Shown here: positions 1 through 8,409 of the stretch, piece after piece | How positions within the stretch are numbered: position 1 is the stretch's first letter | Layout of the letters: every line of letters begins with the position of its first letter | Assembly: GCA_024626585.2 (NCBI GenBank) | Contig: JANKJI020000004.1 | Span: 48,736,201-48,752,884, forward strand | Direction: 5' to 3' | Origin: Ginkgo biloba | Taxonomy: Eukaryota > Plantae > Ginkgophyta | Length of the DNA stretch: 16,684 bases | Translations under genes and position numbers: made by a program | The notes under the pieces: generated by a model | Seen by the model: only the letters and a program-made list of their open reading frames with translations | Told to the model about the DNA's origin: nothing | The model's database searches: none

Positions 1-323
1 ATGAAATTGGATGATGAGATTGCTTTAACATTCAATTCATTCCTAAAAGGGAGTTGTATATTTTGGTAAGAAAAGAGGGAGTTAAGGAGATCATATATGT
101 TATTGTTGGAGAACCAAAGAAATACTTGAAGAAAGTTGCACAACCATCATGAATAGAGAATAAACTTAATATTGTATCAAAACCATTAGCAAGAGTAGTA
201 GAAATATGGTGGAGAATCCACAAAGACAAAGCGAAGATATTCAAACAAGAATTAACATTATTATATAATAGATTTGAGGAAAGTAGAGATATTCCAAAAT
301 TTATTCCTGACTAAAACCCTCAC
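1..323 (+). mobile_element. Possible decayed LTR-retrotransposon gag-like fragment
   Basis: Frame from ~102 reads IVGEPKKYLKKVAQPS*IENKLNIVSKPLARVVEIWWRIHKDKAKIFKQELTLLYNRFEESRDIPKFIPD*NPH. The WW..HK...RF...KF....P spacing resembles gypsy-type gag capsid; recognised by eye only. Confidence 0.35.
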
Positions 324-706
324 AAAAACATTAGTAAATGGAAATACTTCACGCTCGCTATTTTCTCAATCACATCTTCGATAAATATGGTGGAAAATGA
401 ATCCAAATAGACTCAAAGGTTATCATTGTTCTTGTGAACAATGATAGTGGGACTAACCCATCCACTATTGTTGACTTCAAAAATATAGCCAACCCTCAAA
501 TTTTGTCAATATTTCATCCTTGACTTAATCTTTTTATATTGGGTTCATGCAAAATGGTCATTATCATTTTGGTGTGGCACCTTCCACAAGCTCAATCCAA
601 TATTGTCCTAATTTGGGTGAAATTCCTTTAAGGTCTTAGTATGACCAGCAAAAACATTAAAAAAATCTTGAAATATCATTGTAGCTTGTGCAACCCTAGT
701 CGTGCC
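324..706 (-). mobile_element. Ty3/gypsy reverse transcriptase N-terminal remnant (frameshifted, multiple stops)
   Basis: Minus strand across frameshifts: TTRVAQATMIFQDFFNVF/WSY*DLKGISPKLGQYWIELVEGATPK***PFCMNPI*KD*VKDE/IDKI/RVGYIFEVNNSGWVSPTIIVHKNNDNL*VYLD-SFSTIFIEDVIEKIAS/REVFPFTNVF. Matches the gypsy RT start (DVFAWSY.DLKGI, MNP, EIDKLL..GFI, WVSP.V.V.KK, FP.PFID). Confidence 0.88.
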
Positions 707-1722
707 TAATCATAGTCGGATCTAACCATAAAAGATAAATTGTCGACTTCAACATAATAGAGGCAGGAAAGCTAACAAACCTAAGCAAAGCCACAAAATT
801 TTGTCCGAGAATCATCTATGGTACGCAATCGAGTTAAAGATTAAGATCATCAACATGGTAAAATGGGTGAAGCCCCTTGGCTAGGCCCTAGGGCTGGAGC
901 CAATTCAAGTGAAATCTCATATTCAGACATATTTTCCAAAATGATGCAATGTGCTAAGGCATCAAACTTGAGTAGTTAAGGAGCTCTAACAAATTATTTC
1001 ATATCGATAGTTGAGATTTACCAATGGAGATCAATGATCGAGATCTCATCAAAGATCAACATTAAGTGTCATAGTGTAGAAGGGCCCACTAATATAGTCT
1101 GGATAAAATGCAAATTGAAAAAAAGGCCCAATAGCAATGCAAAGGACCCACATAGCATGAGACTACCTTGGACTCTTCAATGCTTCAACAGAAGCTCCAC
1201 ATAAATGCACTACCACTTGGAAGGTAACCACGTCAACTAGCTACAATCCAAGGAGTTGGAATCAAACATTTTATAAATATATTTTCTCAAGACATGCACA
1301 TAGCCAATTGGAACAACACTTGGGGATCGAAACATCGCTAAGGATAAATTAGACTTAGAAACATGGTTCATTAGGTGAGTTCACTACTAGTAGTTAGAAG
1401 AGGATCAAATGACTCAAAATTAGACATTGAAAGTTTTGCTTATTTTCTTTTTCCTTCTTCAAGGTTCTTGTAAGTGTTGTAAGTTGACCCTCTTTAAGGG
1501 GCAAAGGTTCTACTCACCCAAATAAGCAAATCCCTTTTGTGGGATATAAAGTTGTGTAAATTTGTGGATATAGATTCCACTTTGAATCTTGATTTAAAAG
1601 ATTTGTAGATCATCCCATTTTTCGTTAATAAAATCAATCCCTTTCCTATGAACACAACTTATAAATGTGAATCTCAATCATTGCAATATGCTTTAGTTGT
1701 GCACATAGTAAAATTTGGATGA
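707..1722. mobile_element. ~1016-bp unclassified insertion interrupting gypsy pol (solo-LTR-like size)
   Basis: Flanked by GTGCC (702-706) and GTGTC (1723-1727). Removing it with one flank copy restores the in-frame minus-strand reading ...GDYWD-TTRVAQATMIFQDFFNVF. Termini are TA...GA, not TG...CA. Confidence 0.5.
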
Positions 1723-1818
1723 GTGTCCCAATAATCACCAAGTATAATTTTATTTGGGATTCGCTTGTGTGCCAATATTGATTTTTCTCATCTCTAATTC
1801 CTTAGACTGATTAACCAT
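1398..1818 (+). repeat. Direct repeat copy A (~420 bp) of 1919-2327
   Basis: Colinear with 1919-2327 from AAGAGGA(T/C)CAAATGACTC to TAACCAT; about 30 differences in the first ~220 nt (~85% identity, counted by eye). Confidence 0.95.
1723..1818 (-). mobile_element. Gypsy pol pre-RT linker motif (copy A)
   Basis: MVNQSKELEMRKINIGTQANPK/IILGDYWD, similar to the KVNIGTEENPK...IGDYWD motif that immediately precedes RT in gypsy elements of non-flowering plants. Confidence 0.7.
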
Positions 1819-1918
1819 NNNNNNNNNNNNNNNNNNNNNNNNNNNNNNNNNNNNNNNNNNNNNNNNNNNNNNNNNNNNNNNNNNNNNNNNNNNNNNNNNN
1901 NNNNNNNNNNNNNNNNNN

Positions 1919-2327
1919 AAGAGGACCAAATGACTCAAAATAGGATATTGAAAGTTTTGGTCATTTTCTTTTTCCTTCTTTAAGGTTCTTGTAAGTGTTG
2001 TAACCTAACCTTATTAAGGGGCAAAGGTTCTATTCACCTAGATAAGAAAATCCATTTATGGGATATAAAGCTTTGTAATTTTGTGGATATAGATTCCACT
2101 TGGAATCTTGATCTAAAAGCTTTGCAGAGCAACCCATTTNNNNNNNNNNNNNNNNNNNNNNNNNNNNNNNNNCTTATGAATGTGAATCTCAATCATTGCA
2201 ATATTCTTCAATACATAGTAAAATCTGGATGAGTGTCCCAGTAATGACCAAGTATAATGTATTTGGGATTCTCTTCTGTGTCAATATTGATTTTTCTCAT
2301 CTTTAATTCCTTAGACCGATTAACCAT
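1919..2327 (+). repeat. Direct repeat copy B (~410 bp) of 1398-1818
   Basis: Begins exactly at the end of the 100-N gap and aligns to 1398-1818; contains a 33-N internal gap. Confidence 0.95.
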
Positions 2328-3463
2328 CTTTTGCAATTGTATGCTCCAATGTCTCATCAATTCCTCTATTTCCATAGTTTACCATTCTCAACTAGAAGCC
2401 AAAATCTTGGCTTTCAATTTTGCCCAACTAAAAATCCTTATGCCTTCTTGGTGCTAATAACATCTTTTTATATCCTTGGGAAATGATCGAGATCCATGGT
2501 GAGCATGTATTTTTCGTGGGGTACTACTTCTTTACCACGACATTAAAAAAATCTATATATTTCTTAGCAAGTAATTCTTGGTAATTCATTCGTAAGGATA
2601 GTGAATGAATACCAACAAATTATTTTTCAAAGCATTGTTGCATTTCATGCCAATTTGTATATTCTTGTAGATGTGCTAGGTAATATTTGCAGACCTGAAC
2701 TTCCAAGCTGAGCAAATGCAAACATCCACAACTACTAATCCTATTGGTGTAAATACACCCATGCCTTAATCAATCAATGGACATGTTGTATTCCATTACG
2801 CTTTGTCACAATGTTTCTGAACTTAGGTATATATAGTTTTGATTTGTTCTCCAGTTTGGACTCTTTGGGATGATTCTCTTGTTTGTGGACATAGATTATT
2901 GTTTGTTAGAAACAAATACAGACTTTCATGTGCTTTATGATTCCAACTGCGCAATCTTTTTGACATCGAGTCTTTGTTATCAACTACAATTTTGCCGTTA
3001 ACATTCCATTCTTCTGAGTAATCCTCTTGCATGTTTTAGGGTGTTTACTAATTTGATGAGATGATTCAGAGTATTAACTATTTGTAGCCTCAATTGCAAT
3101 GTTTGAAATAAATGATGAGTGTGTGCATGTGATGATCTCAACATGAGTACCATGGGAAACCAATGGTAAGACCATTTATTGGCCTTTACTTGAGAGAGTA
3201 AATGTCCTTTTACTACAATTTTGAATTGCCTCTACGTCATGTAATTATTGTCATCCTAACATTGATGACAATAGTATATTATTACAAACCACAATGAGAT
3301 CTTGTGGCACTCTGCTTCCTACCATTGCAACTAGTACATTTTAATGTGCCTAATGGTCGAATCTCTAACTAGTTCAAGGGATGAGCTCCAATTCCCCTAA
3401 CTAAATCCATGTTGGCTTTTTGCAAAAATAAACATTGACACTTGATCTATCATCCATGATGAG
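2233..3463 (-). mobile_element. Decayed Ty3/gypsy pol: aspartic protease (3161-3463), linker and pre-RT motif (2233-2327)
   Basis: Minus strand: LIMDDRSSVNV (retropepsin D-[T/S/G]-G site, degenerate), KPTWI*LGELELIP, IRPLGTLK, VLVAMVGSRVPQDLIVV...SMLG*Q*LHDVEAIQNCSKRTFTLSSKGQ*MVLPL (LLGRPWL motif region). Downstream: KINIDTEENPKYIILGHYWD. Order PR then RT. Confidence 0.75.
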
Positions 3464-4237
3464 CTTATTTACCTATCACGATTTTTGAGAAAAGGCCCCT
3501 TTCTTCCACAATTTTAGACTCGTTTGACAAGTTTTGAAGTAGATCAATCTTTTGTCCTGTGTGTAATTTCATTAGTGTTACTAGAGGGTTAGTTGATAAG
3601 GAACACAACTATTGTGAGTTTCTTGATAACTACATTTTTTCAGGCTAGTGGAGGAATTTTACAATGTCGTCATTTGTACTGTCTTTTCGTGGTGACGTTT
3701 TCTTTAAGTCATCAATATGTGTAGGTTGATTTTAAGACCATTGACATTCTATTTATTTTACAACTGATTGAATAGTTTGGACCTCTTCCTAAAAGTGAAC
3801 TTCTCTCTAAAAAAGATTAGGGAATATGACTATTCTACAAGATCAATGTTAACAATTTTCCCACTTCAAGTTTCTAAGTTNNNNNNNNNNNNNNNNNNNN
3901 NNNNNNNNNNNNNNNNNNNNNNNNNNNNNNNNNNNNNNNNNNNNNNNNNNNNNNNNNNNNNNNNNNNNNNNNNNNNNNNNCATTGACTTTGACCATGCTT
4001 ATGATGAGATATGTCAAGCACACAAAGCCCAATTCTTTTTGGATCTTTACTCTCTATCCTTAGTGTTTGTTGCTATTGGATTCAACAATGTTAATAGCCG
4101 GTCATGAGTAGAATTCAGCAAACAAGTCATGGTCAACATACCCTTGAGAGATGTAGGGAAATCCGATTGTGTTGCTCTCACCAACATGGGATCATTCCCT
4201 ATGAATATCAAAGTTGTAGGCATATAAGTGTAAGAAC

Positions 4238-4257
4238 AATCTTTATTAATAAAGATT
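4238..4257. repeat. Perfect 20-bp palindrome AATCTTTATTAATAAAGATT
   Basis: Base-by-base self-complementarity checked. Confidence 0.95.
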
Positions 4258-4427
4258 TTTCACAATAGATAAAAGTACATAACCGTTGACTAATGAATGA
4301 AACAATGTGTTCTTGGATAAATTGATGATCGATGGATGGATGATCCTTGCCCTACATATTAAAATGATATAAATACTATTTCTGGAGCCTTTTCATGGCA
4401 AATCTACAAAGAGACATTTCATTCCAT

Positions 4428-4449
4428 TAAAACAATCATGATTGTTTTA
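4428..4449. repeat. Perfect 22-bp palindrome TAAAACAATCATGATTGTTTTA
   Basis: Base-by-base self-complementarity checked. Confidence 0.95.
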
Positions 4450-4607
4450 TTCCTAACTCTTGTGGTTACTATCAAATTAAGCTCCTGAGGCAACTAAGAC
4501 AACTCAGTGTAGGCCATCATCTCCATCAGTGTGCCTCATATTGCCAAGTTTTGTCGTTGATGTTAGTCGGTTCAAGTCGGATGGTGTCGACGACAATGGC
4601 TCTCAAC

Positions 4608-5122
4608 GATTCTCGATGTTGATCCAGTCAATTCATGCATATCAAAGAGGATATCCCAATATATCAAATGGAGCATTGCCTTAAAGACTGGGGCTTCCAT
4701 ATCTGTAACTTTTATGACTGTATGTTGATCCTTCATCGGACCAAAATATGGGCACTTAAGACAGTTGAGCGAGTAGCAAGCCCCAATTTGTGAGCCAAAA
4801 AATTCCCCATCCACTTCGAAGCTAACATCGGCACCCTTGATACTGTCCAGAAACTCCCCAAAATGTTGACCAAGGGTTGATTCTGGCACTAGAATAGTAT
4901 AAATCTTGGGTCCCTCAATACGTGACCTCACTCCACCGATAGTACATCGTATGGAGAGGTAATCATCTTAAGAAAATATGATGGTTGCAATTGTCCCTAC
5001 AATAACTTCTTCACACAAAATTGATTCCAAACATGAGCCTATCCAAACCATAGCGATATATTGCAGCAAGCAAATGTTGGGCCAAAAAAATTGAAGTGGT
5101 TTTGGAAGTCGATGTTAGAAGG
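4608..5122 (-). pseudogene. BPM: Circularly permuted, processed BTB/POZ-MATH (BPM) pseudogene fragment, copy 1
   Basis: Minus strand with frameshifts: STSKTTSIFLAQHLLAAIYRYGLDRLM/ESILCEEVIVGTIAT | SYFLK/DYLSIRCTIGGVRSRIEGPKIYTILVPESTLGQHFGEFLDSIKGADVSFEVDGEF/AHKLGLATRSTVLSAH/FGPMKDQHTVIKVTDMEAPVFKAMLHLIYWDILFDMHELTGSTS. Both halves match plant BPM proteins but are in swapped order; junction at ~4982/4981. The 5' end abuts a gap. Confidence 0.93.
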
Positions 5123-5867
5123 NNNNNNNNNNNNNNNNNNNNNNNNNNNNNNNNNNNNNNNNNNNNNNNNNNNNNNNNNNNNNNNNNNNNNNNNNNNNNN
5201 NNNNNNNNNNNNNNNNNNNNNNTTGGAATCAATTCCTTTGTCAGCCAAAAGTAAACACAACTGCTAAGTCCTTACAACTAGTGCTTTCATCTGTCTATAT
5301 CCAATCATATGCTATTGTTTTCTTCCAATAGGTTTTTTGCTACTTAAGCCTAATAATTAGCCATAGTTAGTGAACTAGTCTTTAAATTACAATTAGTAAA
5401 TAGCTACCAATTCACTACTTCACAATTGTTAGCCATCCTCCATGGAAGTATACGAAACTACAAACTACATGACCAACACTATATAAATTGACAAGCTATC
5501 AACAACTAAAACTAAAATGCACCTACAACAAACTCTTCCATGGAAAATAACAATATACAATGACTCCTAGATAAATTGATAAGACTCAATTATAGACTTA
5601 ATGAACTCATCAGCGCTAGACCTTAACTTACTACTAGATTGAACATAAGACATTAAAGTTTTAGCAGACTTGATAGACTCATTTTTATTGACTTGAACTT
5701 GTTACATTTTTTACAAAATATAATAGACTCACTCTTTAATAAATTCAAAACTAAGTTTAAAGAATTTTAAAATACATCATGATTAAATAAAGTAATCCTA
5801 GGGCTATCGGTGGATTATGTATCAAATGAGATTGATATGTCGGTGTCAGTTGAGATATCTGTGTCGA

Positions 5868-5910
5868 TGTCAATAAGCTCCATCAGTGTCAATAAGCTTC
5901 GTCGATGTCA
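5868..5910 (+). repeat. 19-bp tandem repeat (~2.3 copies) in a GTCGATGT-rich flank
   Basis: TGTCAATAAGCTCCATCAG (5868-5886), TGTCAATAAGCTTCGTCGA (5887-5905), TGTCA. Confidence 0.8.
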
Positions 5911-6531
5911 GCCATCATCTCCGTCAGTGTCGATTTGTAGGGTATTGTCAATGGGCCTCATATTATCAGGTTTTGTCATTGGTGTCGATGTTAGTGGCTT
6001 TCAATAGTTGTTGATGTTGATCCAGTCAATTCATGCAATATCAGGAAGGATATCCCGATATATGAAATGGAACATTGCCTTAAAGACTTGGGATTCCATG
6101 TCTATAACTTTTATGACTGTATGTTGATCCTTCATCAAACCAAAACATTGGGCCTTGAAGATAGGTGAACGAGTAGCAAGCCCAATTTGTGAGCCTAAAA
6201 AATTTCCACATCCACTTCGAAGCTAACATCGGCACCCTTGCCACTATCCAGAAACTCCCCAAAATTATGATCAAGGGTTGATCCTAGCACTGAAATAGTA
6301 TAAATCTTCAGTCCCTTAGTATGTTACCTCACTACTCCAATAGTACATTGTATGGAAAGGCAATCATATTCGAGAAAATCTGATGGTTGCAACTGCCTCC
6401 ATAATAACTTCTTTGCANNNNNNNNNNNNNNNNNNNNNNNNNNNNNNNNNNNNNNNNNNNNNNNNNNNNNNNNNNNNNNNNNNNGTTGGGCCAACAAAGT
6501 TGACGCAATTATTGAAGCCGGTGTGAGGAGG
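5911..6531 (+). repeat. Paralogous block of 4513-5122 (BPM cassette plus ~100 bp of shared flank)
   Basis: GCCATCATCTCC(A/G)TCAGTGT at 4513 and 5911; colinear through the BPM fragment at ~85% identity by eye. Confidence 0.93.
6006..6521 (-). pseudogene. BPM: Circularly permuted, processed BPM pseudogene fragment, copy 2
   Basis: Minus strand: PASIIASTLLAQ[67 N]CKEVIMEAVAT | SDFLEYDCLSIQCTIGVVR*HTKGLKIYTISVLGSTLDHNFGEFLDSGKGADVSFEVDVEIF*AHKL...KDQHTVIKVIDMESQVFKAMFHFIYRDILPD/HELTGSTSTT. Same junction (GCAACCA|TCAGATTTT) at ~6384/6383; in-frame stops and frameshifts. Confidence 0.93.
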
Positions 6532-7029
6532 TTCATTAGTGGTGGCTCCAACTCCATCGGCATCATTGGTTAAAACCCTATTGGCGCCGATCTTCTTACA
6601 TCCTCCATTGGTGGCATTGGTGATTGTTGTCGGTGAAATGGTTGTCGATGAACTCCTAGCTCTACCTCCATCCTTTCTCTTTTATTGTTGAGATTTGGAC
6701 GATGGTTCAACCATCAACATAGGATGCTCTTTTGGATTGATTAGCAAGNNNNNNNNNNNNNNNNNNNNNNNNNNNNNNNNNNNNNNNNNNNNNNNNNNNN
6801 NNNNNNNNNNNNNNNNNNNNNNNNNNNNNNNNNNNNNNNNNNNNNNNNGTGACTAATGTTGTGCTATGGCCAAGTGTTGTCAATGGAGTTGCAACCAAAG
6901 TCCATTGATATTGTTGTGAGTGGGGATGGTTATTAAAGCTACGACAAAGTCTATCCATGTAGCTACAACTGAAGACTATCATTATAGTTACAACTAGTTG
7001 TTGTCTTCAGGGCTGCGACCTAATATTTC

Positions 7030-7730
7030 TTTGTGGCAAACTCACCATCTTACAGTTTATTGTTTCTTTGTAGACTTTAGAAAGGCCTTTGATATAGTTT
7101 AGAGAAACTTGATTTTGGAGAGACTTCACAAAATTAGAAACTGCAAAGATCATAATTACGATGATTATTGTCTTACATAAGCAAGTGTTTGGTTGAGACT
7201 ACACTATACACGAACTCTCTGAAGATATTCCAAGCACTACTCCCTCACCTGCATTATTTGATTTATTCATTGATGAGCTTGATCAACACATCTACGAGGG
7301 GATACACAAATGGATGATGGTTGCCTACCACATGATGTTCTGATTGCCATCCTTCTTTTTCTTAACAACATTGTCCTCCTCTCTTCTACTCTAAACAATG
7401 TCTAAAGTCATAAAGATGCTCTAGCCTCATTTTATGACAATAGGTGCCTGGATGAAACTTACTAAGACTAAGGATATGATCTTTAACACTCCTACAAGTG
7501 TTGCATAATGACTCCAATCACTTTCAAGGGTCACATAATGGAGGCCATCTGTTCATATAGTTATCCGACCCAACTTTTATCATGCACCCAACAACCCATT
7601 CATGACTTTAGAAAGGGTTTGCTTCTCGAGAAAAAATTCTTTTAACTCCAACTCTAATATATTCACAACAAACGACACTTGGTCAATGCTCTAGTGAGAC
7701 TGTCAATACTACACGAATCAAATATGGCTT
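7030..7730 (+). mobile_element. Decayed non-LTR retrotransposon (LINE) RT, non-L1 type (RTE/RTEX-like)
   Basis: VYCFFVDFRKAFDIV*RNLILERLHKI (7055-), SEDIPSTTPSPALFDLFIDELD, GCLPHDVLIAILLFLNNIVLLSS (7352-7381 = degenerate LLFADD.VLL), DALASFYDNR..TKTKDMIFN, FKGHIMEAICSYSY, LVNALVRLSILHES. Confidence 0.88.
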
Positions 7731-8080
7731 GTAAAAGGCATAGTTTAGCATTGTATGGACGACTTTACACAAGTGGGCTAATATTAAGGGATCAATTGCA
7801 TAGCTTATGTAGTTATTTATAAATGTAATTATATGTGACATATTCCTTTCCAATNNNNNNNNNNNNNNNNNNNNNNNNNNNNNNNNNNNNNNNNNNNNNN
7901 NNNNNNNNNNNNNNNNNNNNNNNNNNNNNNNNNNNNNNNNNNNNNNNNNNNNNNACATATTAGACAACGGTTACATATTAGTCATCACACAAGGACTCGT
8001 AATAAATTTTAGTAGTTATAACTAGCTATAAGTCAATTATAATGCCGCTACATTATATAGTGTATAAATTGGAATATTGA

Positions 8081-8130
8081 AATTGTACCTATGAACAAGT
8101 TCCCGAATAGAATTGTTCATGGTACTAATT
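8081..8130. repeat. Imperfect ~20-bp-stem inverted repeat
   Basis: AATTGTACCTATGAACAAGTTC-ccgaata-GAATTGTTCATGGTACTAATT; three single-base bulges. Confidence 0.8.
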
Positions 8131-8409
8131 TGTAGTGAATGCAAGTTGATACCTATTTAATGTCTNNNNNNNNNNNNNNNNNNNNNNNNNNNNNNNNNNN
8201 NNCTCTCCATGGTTTTTAACATTAAGTTGGTTGAGCAATTTTAATAACTTGGCCTAATGTCCTCTCTAGAGGGTTGGGGTTGATTACGATGAGGAGTGGG
8301 GTTTAAGGGAATCCATATTACTCCATCACCAACTATATCGAGGCCATAGCGGATGGGATTAGTGATGAGAGTTTAGGAAGCTAAAGGGGTAAAACCCCTA
8401 TTAGAATCC

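Noticed and set aside
4195-4225. Possible LTR end plus PBS on the minus strand (..GCCTACA ACTTTGATATTCA)
   Set aside because: Too degenerate relative to TGGTATCAGAGC to support.
4572-4931. 119-aa ORF as a functional BPM gene
   Set aside because: No ATG start (GTG), internal compensating frameshifts (GSQIGACYSLNCLKCPY is off-frame), lacks most of MATH and all of BACK, and is part of a permuted pseudogene.
5019-5234. 12-bp inverted match AATTGATTCCAA (5019-5030) / TTGGAATCAATT (5223-5234)
   Set aside because: Short, separated by a gap of unknown size, and homology does not extend.
5560-5735. Recurring (T)AGACTCA-like motifs as transposon subterminal repeats or a CRISPR-like array
   Set aside because: Short, irregularly spaced, AT-rich context, no TIR/TSD or constant repeat-spacer period; eukaryotic DNA.
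5810-6007. Ser/Val-rich 65-aa ORF
   Set aside because: By-product of GTCGAT/GTGTCA low-complexity repeats; no ATG start and no recognisable domain.
6969-7010. CTGAAGAC...GTCTTCAG inverted repeat with nested ACAACTAGTTGT
   Set aside because: 8-bp arms only; within chance range and no associated element ends.
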